Notes under the pieces: model-generated | Database searches by the model: none | Told to the model about the DNA's origin: nothing | The model's input: only the letters and a program-made list of their open reading frames with translations | Origin: Spirochaetia bacterium | GTDB taxonomy: Bacteria > Spirochaetota > Spirochaetia > CAKZLE01 | Direction: 5' to 3' | Assembly (NCBI GenBank): GCA_963677595.1 | Contig: OY782041.1 | Location: 320,001 to 384,000 of the forward strand | DNA: 64,000 bases | Part shown: positions 38,380-48,008 of the stretch, piece after piece | How the letters are laid out: every line of letters begins with the position of its first letter | How positions within the stretch are numbered: position 1 is the stretch's first letter | Program-made: the position numbers and the translations under genes

Positions 38380-39676
38380 GGATCTGTGTATAAATAATCT
38401 ATGCGAATATTTCTGATGGAGCAATGCAGTAATTCCATTCTCCATGAAATTCATTCCTCGTAATATTGATCCTCTCAAGTTCTTCAGCTGATACCTTTAT
38501 CCCTGTCTCATAGATGTTCTGATCCAATTCGCATTGTATCTTCAATCCTGATTCGGTCGTTGTTGACTCAATCAGACTGATTATGACAAGGAGGGTTTCA
38601 AGGGGTCTTCCCCTCCAATTCTTTGAGATGTAGCTAAACATTCGATGTTCGATCTTATTCCACTTTGAAGTTCCCGGTGGGAAATGGGAGACATAGATCT
38701 GCAATCCCGTTTCATTCGCCAGTTCCTGCAGTTCGGTCTTCCAGAGTCTGTTCCTGCTCCCGTTACTCCCACCACCGTCTGCGGTAATGTAGAGCTTTGA
38801 TGCTGAAGGGTACCGACTTTTGCCCATCTCATCCCACCATTCCCGGATAGAATTCACCGCAAACTTTGCCGTGTCTGAGCTGACCCCAAGATTGATGAAT
38901 CCTTCATTCTTCGCTATATCATAGATCCCATACGGTGCAACCTTCCCAAGATCAGGCAGCGGAAAGTCGTGATCAAGGACTTTCACCGGATTCCCTGATT
39001 TAGCATACTCTGCACCCTGATTCTTGAAATTACCCACCAGTTCTTTCTTTTTACAATCAATAGAGATCACTGGTAACCCTTCTGCTATGAATCCTTTAGC
39101 CATCTCGTTGATATGCTGAAATTGCTCATCCCGGTCAGGATGGGGCTTCCCGACCTGCAGCATCTTCTGGTTTAGCTGCATGCTGTAGCCCAAGTCGGAA
39201 AGCATCTGCCTGACCTTGGAAAACGAGACCTGAAAGCCCTGTTTACCGAGGACGTCACTCAGGTTCCTTAGACTTTTTGTCGTCCACAGCAGTGGTGATT
39301 CCGGATTACCGAAACTGCTGTCAGCAACCAGGGCTTCTAACGCCTTCGTGATGCCAGGTTGCGTCTCTTCTATTGGCTTGCGGCCACCACCTTCCTTCCG
39401 AATCCTGGTTGAAGATCTTGGATCAACAGGTTCCCTGATCTCCTTGATCCCGGCAGCAATGGTATTACGAGAAACACCAAGCGCTTTACTGATCTGGGTA
39501 ATCCCTCCGCGACCAATACTCTCAGCCTCAGCTGCAAGATATTTACGCTTCTGACTCTCATCTAGTAGAGGAACTATGGTATGTATGCGTTTTATCGTTA
39601 TCTCATCGAGCATGCACCATTCTATCATGAGAAGACAAAGAAATCAATATTGCTTATGTTATTTATGCACAGTTCC
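38380..39676 (-). mobile_element. ISAzo13-family element (1297 bp)
   Basis: 18-bp IR GGA(T/A)CTGTG(T/C)ATAAATAA; 3-bp TSD TTA. Confidence 0.93.
38399..39613 (-). CDS. ISAzo13 transposase
   Basis: GGGRK, WTTKSLRNL, HPDRDEQF, ISIDCKKKE, ADGGGSNG, PPGTSKWNKIEHR. Confidence 0.95.
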   Translation of the reverse strand: MLDEITIKRIHTIVPLLDESQKRKYLAAEAESIGRGGITQISKALGVSRNTIAAGIKEIREPVDPRSSTRIRKEGGGRKPIEETQPGITKALEALVADSSFGNPESPLLWTTKSLRNLSDVLGKQGFQVSFSKVRQMLSDLGYSMQLNQKMLQVGKPHPDRDEQFQHINEMAKGFIAEGLPVISIDCKKKELVGNFKNQGAEYAKSGNPVKVLDHDFPLPDLGKVAPYGIYDIAKNEGFINLGVSSDTAKFAVNSIREWWDEMGKSRYPSASKLYITADGGGSNGSRNRLWKTELQELANETGLQIYVSHFPPGTSKWNKIEHRMFSYISKNWRGRPLETLLVIISLIESTTTESGLKIQCELDQNIYETGIKVSAEELERINITRNEFHGEWNYCIAPSEIFA

Positions 39677-39789
39677 TTAGTACTCCTGCTCGAAGGATTC
39701 GCCGTCCTTACGGTCACGGCACTCCTTGTGTAGGGGAGCAGGGACCTATGCATATTTGGGTATTCATCAGATACTCAAAAATTGGAATA

Positions 39790-39947
39790 GAGATACCTTT
39801 CCGATGAAGCTAGAAGGAGATCCAAAAGCATGTAATGCTATGTATGCCCTGAAGGAAGCAAGTCGCATCGCCGGGGAGCACGGTATATCTGATATGACAC
39901 TGGAAGAGATCAATTCAGAGATAGCCGAAGCACGAAGTGACTCGTGA
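39790..39947 (+). pseudogene. Probable C-terminal remnant of a RelB/DinJ- or AbrB-type antitoxin
   Basis: GISDMTLEEINSEIAEAR tail; no N-terminal DNA-binding part and no toxin seen. Confidence 0.45.
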
Positions 39948-39977
39948 TCAATATCCCTGTATGCCGAACCTTTCTCC

Positions 39978-40820
39978 CTATTTCACTCCTCCGAAGGTCA
40001 ACCCACTGATATAGTACTTCTGAAGCATGAGCGACAGCAGGATCACCGGCAGGATCGCCACGACACCCATCGCCGCCATATAGGTCCAGCCCTGCTGCAG
40101 GATCCCGAAGGTGCTGAGCATCCCAAGGGGGAGTGTGCTCGTATCAGGGGAGGTCAACGTCAGGGCGAACAGGAAGTCATTCCAGGAGAAGATGAATGCG
40201 AACAGGGACGAGGTTACCAGTCCCGGCTTGCTCAGCGGTACCGCGATATAGAGGAAAGCCTGCACGGGATTGCATCCGTCAATGCGCCCTGCATCCTCGA
40301 GGTCCGACGGGATCGACTCGAAGATCCCGCTCATGAGCCAGAACGTGAATGCAGCGTTGTACACCGTATCGATCAGGATAACCGCAGCCCTGGTACCGAG
40401 CAGGCCAAAGTTCTGCATGATGATCCGAAAGGGCATCACCAGGACGATGGTGGGGAGAGCCCTGGTCATGAGGATCATGATCAGCAGCAGCTTCTTCCCC
40501 CTGAACTGGATCCTCGAAAAGGCATAGCCTGCCGGGACTCCTATCAGGAGGGAAAGAACCATGGTTCCCAGCGAAATCACCAGGGAGTTCACGATCCAGC
40601 TGTTTATCGCCATGTTGGTGAAGACATACTTGAAATTATCGAAGATGAACGCACCGAAGAGCTTCGGAGGCAGCTTGAACATGGAGATGCGCTGGGCCAG
40701 TGACGTCGACAGGATCCAGACGACAGGCAGCGCGATGAATGCCATAATGAAGATGATCAGGAGGATCCGGAATATATTCATCACAGACTGAAAAGAATTG
40801 CTTTTACCGACTACCGCCAT
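39978..40820 (-). CDS. Carbohydrate ABC permease (MalG-like)
   Basis: EAA loop LEDAGRIDG, FSWNDF. Confidence 0.93.
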   Translation of the reverse strand: MAVVGKSNSFQSVMNIFRILLIIFIMAFIALPVVWILSTSLAQRISMFKLPPKLFGAFIFDNFKYVFTNMAINSWIVNSLVISLGTMVLSLLIGVPAGYAFSRIQFRGKKLLLIMILMTRALPTIVLVMPFRIIMQNFGLLGTRAAVILIDTVYNAAFTFWLMSGIFESIPSDLEDAGRIDGCNPVQAFLYIAVPLSKPGLVTSSLFAFIFSWNDFLFALTLTSPDTSTLPLGMLSTFGILQQGWTYMAAMGVVAILPVILLSLMLQKYYISGLTFGGVK

Positions 40821-40821
40821 C

Positions 40822-41727
40822 TCAGGACTCCTTGTTCTCGTAGATGAATCGTATGAAGAAGACGCCGACGATCACACCGATGATCAGCAGCACATTTGAC
40901 AAGGCCGCAGCGTACCCGATCCGCAGCTGGTTCATCCCGACCTCATAGATCCTGAGGTTCGCGACCGTGGTCGAAGTACCGGGGCCGCCCCCGGTGATTG
41001 CCCAGATGATGTCGAAGACCTTCAGGGCATCAAGGGAACGGATGAGCAGCGCGACAAGCAGCGTCGGCCGCAGGAGCGGCAGCGTGATTCTGAAGAAAAG
41101 CGGGATCTCCCCTGCCCCGTCGATCCTTGCTGCCTCGTAGGGTTCGGAGGGCAGACTCTTCAGCCCGGCGAGTATGATGATCACCATCAGGGGTGTCCAT
41201 TCCCAGATGTCTACCGCGATGACGGCACCAAGGGCGAGGGACCGTTCAACGATGAGCCCCCTCCCGATATCGATGCCCAGCTTCCGGAGGTAATAGGTGA
41301 TCATGCCGAGATCCGGGTGGTAGAGGGACTTCCATACGAGCCCTGCCACCAGAGGGGTGAATACCGTGGGGATCAGGATGAATGTCCTGATGGCCTCCAT
41401 CACGGCATTCTCATGGTTCAGGAGAAAGGCTATGAGCATGCCGAACAGCACCTCTATCGTGACCGCGAAAAAGACGAAGACCAGCGTGGTGATCAGGGAC
41501 TTCAGGAACTGGGTATCCGCGAGCATCTCACGGTAGTTGTCCAGTCCATTGAACACCGGGGTCCTGCCCAGTTTCAGATCAAAGAACCCGATGAAGATGT
41601 TGTACAGCACAGGGTAGAGAAAGAAGATCATCATGTACAGGATGATAGGCACGAGAAACCACATGAGGCTTTTCTTCTTCTTGTCGATGGATAGCAGGGA
41701 GCTGATGGTCATTTGATCCTCCGACAA
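40822..41727 (-). CDS. Carbohydrate ABC permease (MalF-like)
   Basis: YEAARIDGA, ITLPLL, TGGGPG. Confidence 0.93.
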   Translation of the reverse strand: MSEDQMTISSLLSIDKKKKSLMWFLVPIILYMMIFFLYPVLYNIFIGFFDLKLGRTPVFNGLDNYREMLADTQFLKSLITTLVFVFFAVTIEVLFGMLIAFLLNHENAVMEAIRTFILIPTVFTPLVAGLVWKSLYHPDLGMITYYLRKLGIDIGRGLIVERSLALGAVIAVDIWEWTPLMVIIILAGLKSLPSEPYEAARIDGAGEIPLFFRITLPLLRPTLLVALLIRSLDALKVFDIIWAITGGGPGTSTTVANLRIYEVGMNQLRIGYAAALSNVLLIIGVIVGVFFIRFIYENKES

Positions 41728-41783
41728 AGCCGGATGATGAAAAAGTCATCCGGCTCTGTTCTTAGTTCTTCAGTTGTAATGAG

Positions 41784-43133
41784 CTAGAAGATCGCCTTGA
41801 TCTCTTCTGCTGCAAGGTCGAGAGCTTCTTTTGCCCCAAGTTCATGGGTGATCGCCTGGTTCACCCGCAGTCCGAGGATATCCTGGATCTGGCTGTATTC
41901 AGGTACTCGTGGTCGGTAGTCGCCATCCCCATTCTCATACACTGCAAGGATCCTGCTCATCCATGGCATCTCCTGGTTCAGCGCGCTGTCAGTGAGCACT
42001 GAGTAGCGGATCGGTGCCCCGTTGTTCCTTGTCCATGCCAGCTGAGCGTCCTTGCTTGTGATGTACTTGATGAATTCCCAAGCCACTTCAGCATTCTGGT
42101 CTGATGAATCAGCATTGATGGAGATCCCCCATCCGCCTACACCGTATCCGGGGTTTGAGCCGGCGACTCTCGGGGGAACAGCCATGCCTGTCTTGCCGGC
42201 AACGAGAGAGATTGACTCATCCTCATACCCTGCACGTGCGATACTCCAGGAGGACTGCATGACAGTCTGGCCGGTCCTGTAGGAAGACTCCCGGTCATCC
42301 CACCAGTAGCCGATCGCACCCTGGGGAGCCCAATCGTCGAACAGTTCCACGAAGAATTCGAGTGAATCGACACATTCGCTGCTGTTGACCGTCACGTTCC
42401 CATTGCCGTCAAAGATCTGACCGCCGAAGCCCCTCATGAATTCCATCCAGTCCTGTGCTACTGCAGGGCCCCTGGCTCCGCAGGCAACGAGGCCATACAT
42501 GTTCTCATCCGGGCGGGTGAAGAACTCGGAGATGTCGGCGAGCTGGTCCATAGTCTCCGGGGTTTCCAGCTCATACCCGTATTTGGCCTTGAAAGCAGCT
42601 TTCTCTGCAGGATCCTCATAGAGGTCCTTCCGGTAGATCAGGCTGTTCGCATAGGCAGCCATCGGGTACCCGATCTGCTTGCCGTTCCAGTCACCCATGA
42701 CCCACAGGATCGGCATGATGTCATCATAATCGATCTCGGCTTTGTCCCTGGCGATCCAGCTGGTGAGGTCTTTCGTCCATCCCTCCTGCTCGAACTGACC
42801 GGTCCAGACAATGTCCATCGTAGCCAGGTCGTAATCGGCTGACCCGGTCGCGAAATCCTGGGTGATCTTCTGCTGCAGTTCCACATAGCCCAGGACGTCG
42901 ATACGGACATCTGCACCTGTCTTTGCCTTGAATTCAGCACTTAAGGTCGGAAGATGATCCGCAAACTGTTCAGCGGCCACGGCGAAATGCAGGACGACTC
43001 CCTCGTACGGAAGGGCCTGGCTTACCGGTTCCGGAGAAGGACTACTCGCTGTTTCCTTCGCCCCGCCTGCGAAGATCATCACACAGGAGAGAAGCATAAC
43101 CGAGACGATAACCATTACTCTACTCTTTTTCAT
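41784..43133 (-). CDS. Carbohydrate ABC substrate-binding protein
   Basis: FAGGAKE signal, YRKDL, GGWGISIN, AWEFIKY. Confidence 0.92.
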   Translation of the reverse strand: MKKSRVMVIVSVMLLSCVMIFAGGAKETASSPSPEPVSQALPYEGVVLHFAVAAEQFADHLPTLSAEFKAKTGADVRIDVLGYVELQQKITQDFATGSADYDLATMDIVWTGQFEQEGWTKDLTSWIARDKAEIDYDDIMPILWVMGDWNGKQIGYPMAAYANSLIYRKDLYEDPAEKAAFKAKYGYELETPETMDQLADISEFFTRPDENMYGLVACGARGPAVAQDWMEFMRGFGGQIFDGNGNVTVNSSECVDSLEFFVELFDDWAPQGAIGYWWDDRESSYRTGQTVMQSSWSIARAGYEDESISLVAGKTGMAVPPRVAGSNPGYGVGGWGISINADSSDQNAEVAWEFIKYITSKDAQLAWTRNNGAPIRYSVLTDSALNQEMPWMSRILAVYENGDGDYRPRVPEYSQIQDILGLRVNQAITHELGAKEALDLAAEEIKAIF

Positions 43134-43199
43134 TTTCCACTCCTAAAAATATTTTCCATCCGAAAGCGCTGAGTCTTACCAAGTGCACCGGATTGGATT

Positions 43200-44228
43200 T
43201 CAAAAATTGATAGCGACCCTGAACGTATCCGGGTCGAGAGCCCGCTCAAAGGCTTTACCAGCCTCATTTGCATCCCACTGCTCGGAGAGGAACTCCTCCA
43301 CGCTGACCAGCCTGCCGGAAAGCAGGCGGGATGCGGTATAGAAGTCACTGGTTGCAGGGCTGTAGGAACCGGTGATCACATACTCCCCGTAGTGGACCCA
43401 GTTGGGGTCGAGCTTGATGGGGTCATTGGGATGGAACGAGCCATAGAACATCATGGTTCCCATCTTCTTGAGGTAGCCCAGGGCCTCCTCGGCTATGGAG
43501 GGTCTCGCGGCAGTGAAGAACACGTATTCAGCACCCTCCCCTGAGGTGATCCCTGAGATGACTGCCTTCGCGTCCTCATTGATCGGGTCAACAGCGTAAT
43601 GTGCCCCCGCCTTCAGGGCCAGCTGACGACGATCCTCTCGCGGCTCTACCATGATTACCCTCGTCCCCCGCAGGAGACTGAGTTTCAGGTGGAGCATCCC
43701 CATGATACCGGCACCGATGATCACCACCGTCTCCCCGAGGTCAGGGTTGGCCCGCTTGATACTGTGCACACAGCAGGCCAGCGGTTCGGTGAAGGCAGCT
43801 TCCTGGAAGCTTATATCACCCGAGACCGTGAACACCTTGTTCACATCCATGGCGATGAGCTCAGCGAGCCCGCCGCTGGACGGGATGTTGTCGTAGGACC
43901 GCTTCTCCGGTGTACCGCCGCAGAGGTTGTTGAACCCCTGGTAGCAGAACGAGCAGTGCCCGCAGTCATCAAGCGTCTTGAACACGACCCGGTCCCCTAC
44001 CTTGAAGGAGGTGATCGTCCCGTCAGGGATCTCCACGATCTCCCCTGCTGCCTCATGGCCGGGGATGAACGGCAGGTTCATGCTCGAGGCACCGGAGAAG
44101 ATACGCTGCTCCCAGGTGCACAGCAGGCAGGTATGGATCCGTATCAGGACCTGTCCATGCCTGGGTTGCGGAGCCGCTACGTTCACGAGCTCTGCCTTCC
44201 TGGTCCCGGTCACTGCTACCGCTCTCAT
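43200..44228 (-). CDS. Zn-dependent (polyol-type) dehydrogenase
   Basis: GHE, CGHCSFC-x7-C, GAGIMG. Confidence 0.92.
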   Translation of the reverse strand: MRAVAVTGTRKAELVNVAAPQPRHGQVLIRIHTCLLCTWEQRIFSGASSMNLPFIPGHEAAGEIVEIPDGTITSFKVGDRVVFKTLDDCGHCSFCYQGFNNLCGGTPEKRSYDNIPSSGGLAELIAMDVNKVFTVSGDISFQEAAFTEPLACCVHSIKRANPDLGETVVIIGAGIMGMLHLKLSLLRGTRVIMVEPREDRRQLALKAGAHYAVDPINEDAKAVISGITSGEGAEYVFFTAARPSIAEEALGYLKKMGTMMFYGSFHPNDPIKLDPNWVHYGEYVITGSYSPATSDFYTASRLLSGRLVSVEEFLSEQWDANEAGKAFERALDPDTFRVAINF

Positions 44229-44995
44229 AGGTTCCTCCCGGCTTCCGAGGCCGTCTTCCCGTTATGGACGATATCGACCAGAGCGGCTGTCAATGCGCCC
44301 GGGTCGGGATGCTGCCATACATTCCTGCCTATGGCTACCCCTTGTGCCCCGGCCTCCATAGCCTGTTCCACGACCAGGAACAGGTCCTGCAGGTTCTTCG
44401 ACTTTGCCCCGCCGAGGACGATCACCGGACGGAAGCAGCCGTCCACAATCGTCTTGAACTCAGCAGTGGTCCCCACAAAACTCGTCTTGATGATGTCAGC
44501 ACCAAGCTCAGCCCCGATACGGGCTGCCAGCCTGATGGTCTCGACCGTCTTCGCAGGCTCAGGAGAGAACCCGCCGGGGAGCATCTCTGCCAGGAGCGGC
44601 ATCCCCCAGGCATGGGCCTCTGCCGCGAGCTCTGACACATTCGTCAGGGTCTCGATCTCATTGACCGCACCGGGAAACCCCATGCATGCCAGGCAATCAG
44701 CCCCTGCCTGTAGTGCTGTCTCGGTATCGAGCAGCCGGTTCCCTGTGGGCAGGCTGGAAAGGGCGGAGTTGCCCCCATCCATACGGAGGATCAGTCCGGT
44801 TCCCTTCAACTCTTCCTCAAAACGCGATGCCATACCGTAACCGGCCAGCACTGCGTCAGCACCGCCGGCAACAACGGACCTGATGATACCTGAGGTATCC
44901 TGCATACCGGGAAGCACATCCAATCCAAGACCATGGTCCATCGCAACGACCACCGTCCTCTTGTCTTCCCTGAAGATGTTTCCGAGTCTACGCAT
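44225..44995 (-). CDS. DhnA/LsrF-type class I aldolase
   Basis: AMDHG, AELGADIIKT, LGG, GRNVWQ. Confidence 0.9.
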   Translation of the reverse strand: MRRLGNIFREDKRTVVVAMDHGLGLDVLPGMQDTSGIIRSVVAGGADAVLAGYGMASRFEEELKGTGLILRMDGGNSALSSLPTGNRLLDTETALQAGADCLACMGFPGAVNEIETLTNVSELAAEAHAWGMPLLAEMLPGGFSPEPAKTVETIRLAARIGAELGADIIKTSFVGTTAEFKTIVDGCFRPVIVLGGAKSKNLQDLFLVVEQAMEAGAQGVAIGRNVWQHPDPGALTAALVDIVHNGKTASEAGRNL

Positions 44996-44996
44996 T

Positions 44997-46442
44997 TCAT
45001 TCTCCTTCTATCGTTATCTCATGAGTTTTTGTTCTCACGGCAGACAGCCTGTGGGATGTCTCCCGTATTCCTGCATATGTCGTATCGTATATCGCATACA
45101 GCTCATCCCAGAGGTCAGCATGCGGACCTTCAGGCTCGATGCTGAAGTTGATGTTCACCCACCTGTCAGTCAGTTCCCTGATGCTGCCGGCCCCGCCCGC
45201 ATAGGAGGCAAGGATCATGGCCCCTAAGGGAGCGGCATCTGTCTCCTTCATCGAATGGAACACAGCACCGGTGATGTTCGCCTTGTACTGGAGCAGGGCC
45301 CGGTTATTTGCCCCGCCCCCAACCGCGCGTATCGCTCCCATGTCGCGTGAACTTCCTCCATGTACGATCTCGATACACTGCCGCGTACCAAACGAGATCC
45401 CCTGGAGCACGCTCCGTACGAGTTCTTCAGCTGTCGTACCTGAGCTCATCCCGATGAACGAAGCTGAGGCCTTCTCATCCCACACGGGGCTTCGTTCCCC
45501 GTTGAGGTACGGCAGGTAGATCAGGGGGAGCGGTGTGCGAACGTCCATGGACCGTATAGCATCGATCGTCATTCCAGTGAGCCTGCTGACCCAGGCGATG
45601 GATGCCCCAGTCGAGGACATGGTCTCGATGCTCAAGCCTCGCTGCGGGATCACATGCAGGAGCGGAGTCGCTCCTTCTTCCCAGCATCGTGTGATGCAGG
45701 TGGAGGTCCCGGTCCCGTCGACCATCATGCCGTCATCCACAGCCCCGGCACCAATAGCCTCGCACCAGGCATCGATCCCACCCGTCACAACAGGAATACC
45801 AGCGGCCAGACCGCAGTCTTCGGCAAACTGACTGGATGTCACCCCGACGATCTCCCAGGATTCCACCAGTTCAGGGAACACCCCTGAGGGGATACCGCAA
45901 CATGCCGTATCCAGCGTCCTGGTCCCCTTGTCATAGAAAGCAAGTGTGGAGGCCGTCGAGTGATCCAGGCATGTTCTCCCGGTGAGGAGATAGACTGCCA
46001 GGTCCTTGGGGTAGAGCGCCGTGACCGGTTCCTGGAACAGGTCGTTCGATTCCCGATAGAGTTTCAGGAGCTTCGCCTCAAAGCAGGTGCCGTCCTTGGT
46101 GAACCCCGGGATCAGCTGTCTCAACTCACTCGCTGCATCGACTGCGGTATTGTCCTGCCAGGTGATGATGTCCGTCAGCAACTCGCCGTCAGCTGAAACG
46201 AGGATGATGCTCGGGCCATGCCCGCAGAAGCTTATTCCCTCGATGGCCTCATACCGTGCGGAACTAAATGCGGAGAGGTTCTGCATCAGTCTTCTGAACG
46301 CTTCGATGAAATACTCCTGTGAATGTATCCCGGGTTTGAACATTCCGGCAGGATACTGCCGGGAGATCACGTGCAGCTCACCGCCAGCGGTACCAAGCAC
46401 GGCCTTCAGGCTGCCGGTCCCAATATCGATACCCACGTACAT
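44997..46442 (-). CDS. FGGY carbohydrate kinase (xylulokinase-like)
   Basis: GIDIGTGS, WQD, PYLNGERSP, GGGA. Confidence 0.9.
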   Translation of the reverse strand: MYVGIDIGTGSLKAVLGTAGGELHVISRQYPAGMFKPGIHSQEYFIEAFRRLMQNLSAFSSARYEAIEGISFCGHGPSIILVSADGELLTDIITWQDNTAVDAASELRQLIPGFTKDGTCFEAKLLKLYRESNDLFQEPVTALYPKDLAVYLLTGRTCLDHSTASTLAFYDKGTRTLDTACCGIPSGVFPELVESWEIVGVTSSQFAEDCGLAAGIPVVTGGIDAWCEAIGAGAVDDGMMVDGTGTSTCITRCWEEGATPLLHVIPQRGLSIETMSSTGASIAWVSRLTGMTIDAIRSMDVRTPLPLIYLPYLNGERSPVWDEKASASFIGMSSGTTAEELVRSVLQGISFGTRQCIEIVHGGSSRDMGAIRAVGGGANNRALLQYKANITGAVFHSMKETDAAPLGAMILASYAGGAGSIRELTDRWVNINFSIEPEGPHADLWDELYAIYDTTYAGIRETSHRLSAVRTKTHEITIEGE

Positions 46443-46452
46443 TACAGCACCC

Positions 46453-47175
46453 CTACCTTTTCAGCGTCACGATATGCTTGTATCGGTCCGCTCGGTAGAC
46501 ACCTTCAGCATATTCGACCGGGCTTCCATCTGTCGCATAGGTCGTGTGCCTGATGATCAGGATAGGGTCACCTTTTGAGATACCCAGGGTGGAGGAGACC
46601 TCGTTCCCCGCGATATCGGCCTCAATGATCTTTGCAGCCTCACCGATCTGTATATGGTATGTTCCCTCGAGCAGGTCATAGATCGACTTGCTGAAATCAT
46701 CCTCTTCCGTCACACCAGTACTGGTCGCAAGGTAGTTCTCAAATACCGCGACCGGTTCATCTTCTACCAGCCTAAGTCGTTTTGCGTAGATCACCGGGTC
46801 CCCGGGATTGATCCGCAGGTGCTCCGCGATTCTCTCGCTGGCTGGGATCCGCAGGACCTCAAGCACCGAAGTGGCGATCTTGACTCCCTGCTGCGCCATC
46901 TTCTCGGTAAAACTCTGGAGCCTTGAGTTCCCGTCATCGGTCATCTTGGGATACGCCACGATAGTCCCGTACCCCTGCTTCTTCACCAGCAGGTCCTCGA
47001 AGACAAGCCCGTGTATTGCATTACGAACAGTGATCCGTGATATCCCGTACATCTTCTGGAGGTCCTTCTCACAGGGGATCAGGTCCCCAGGTTTGTAATA
47101 CCCCTCAAGAATCTGTTTCCTCAGTTTTTCCTGCAGTTGGAAGTAGAGTGGGACGCGACTGTTCTGATCCAGCAT
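46453..47175 (-). CDS. GntR-family (HutC/UTRA) regulator
   Basis: PLYFQL, SRITVRNA, GYGT, UTRA-like C-terminus. Confidence 0.93.
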   Translation of the reverse strand: MLDQNSRVPLYFQLQEKLRKQILEGYYKPGDLIPCEKDLQKMYGISRITVRNAIHGLVFEDLLVKKQGYGTIVAYPKMTDDGNSRLQSFTEKMAQQGVKIATSVLEVLRIPASERIAEHLRINPGDPVIYAKRLRLVEDEPVAVFENYLATSTGVTEEDDFSKSIYDLLEGTYHIQIGEAAKIIEADIAGNEVSSTLGISKGDPILIIRHTTYATDGSPVEYAEGVYRADRYKHIVTLKR

Positions 47176-47194
47176 GACGGCTCCTTTTTCATCA

Positions 47195-47251
47195 TAACGT
47201 TAGAACGTTATAACGTTTCGTAGCATAACAGGTACATACCAATACTGTCAA
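47195..47251 (-). promoter_or_regulatory. gntR operon promoter with AACGTT x3 operator
   Basis: TTGACA-N18-TATGCT followed by AACGTT at 47196, 47204 and 47212 (contains palindrome AACGTTATAACGTT). Confidence 0.7.
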
Positions 47252-47410
47252 GTCCCTGCCCGTAAACCTGCGAATACGATAAGACTCTGTGAAAGCTATA
47301 CGGTTCTCATATGCTTGCAAATTTATACATAAGTTCTTCGTGTTTCTTATAGACATACCATAGTATACATATAGTAAAGTATAGTCATACTATACAAAGG
47401 AGTTCGTTAC

Positions 47411-47725
47411 ATGAAAAGAGTGCTATTTCTCGTGCTTGTGATCATTTTAGCCAGTTCCCCGCTGTTTGCGCAGGAAGTTCCCGCGATCCAGGACGATGAC
47501 CTGGACAGTATCAACCTTGACCTGGATAGCCTGGGTAAGGATCTCGCGATCGGCATAGCCGTATCAGGGGCTGCTATCGGTATCGGGACGCTTGTAGCTT
47601 CTGCTCTGGATGGCATAGCCCGTAACCCTGAACTGGAATCAAAACTTACCAATACTATGTATACCGGTATCATTGCCTGCGCCGGGCTTGCCCTCGGGGC
47701 CATGGCAGTGACCATCGCTTTCTAA
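47411..47725 (+). CDS. Orphan F-type ATP synthase subunit c-like protein with signal peptide
   Basis: LAIGIAVSGAAIGIG...ALDGIARNPE...KL..TM..G hairpin; AAGGAG RBS; no carboxylate in helix 2. Confidence 0.8.
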   Translation: MKRVLFLVLVIILASSPLFAQEVPAIQDDDLDSINLDLDSLGKDLAIGIAVSGAAIGIGTLVASALDGIARNPELESKLTNTMYTGIIACAGLALGAMAVTIAF

Positions 47726-47752
47726 AGAAGACAGTTTCTCATTGGAATCCAT

Positions 47753-47785
47753 GAAGCCCTTCCTGTTCCGGGAGGGCTTTCTTTT
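47753..47785 (+). terminator. Intrinsic terminator
   Basis: AAGCCCTTCC-N6-GGGAGGGCTT followed by TCTTTT. Confidence 0.8.
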
Positions 47786-47932
47786 AAGGGCAAGATTGTA
47801 GCATCGTAGGCATTGACGATATCTCTATCAGGTTTTCTGTATAGCACACCTTCTCCATCACTCACAGAAGCTGCTCAGTACCAACATCTTGTAGAATATC
47901 CTTCTCTTAGGCTCACCGCCAAGAAACCGGAG

Positions 47933-48003
47933 CCTGACAAAATTATGCCATATTTCCCCCCTATGATATGACTCATAGAACGGGTGACAACCCATGAGGA
48001 GAA
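47933..48003 (+). promoter_or_regulatory. Conserved promoter/leader, copy A
   Basis: CCTGACAAAATT-N4-CATATTTCCCCC-N-TAT-N-ATAT...GGGTGACAACCC..AGGAGAA; homologous to 51929-51998 (-). Confidence 0.8.
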
Positions 48004-48008
48004 ACAGT

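Larger units (their letters stand above)
37048..39733 (+). pseudogene. Multi-TM putative transporter; last helix cut off by ISAzo13
   Basis: About 12 hydrophobic segments; frame resumes at 39680 (VLLLEGFAVLTVTALLV*) after the IS. Confidence 0.8.

Noticed and set aside
41729-41756. Hairpin AGCCGGATGA...TCATCCGGCT as a dispersed repeat element
   Set aside because: Single occurrence, in the usual position of an mRNA-stabilising stem after a binding-protein gene
43599-44840. 413-aa + strand ORF and similar long antisense ORFs (e.g. 14449-15387, 19657-20439)
   Set aside because: Shadow frames of well-supported genes in GC-rich DNA; no motifs or RBS
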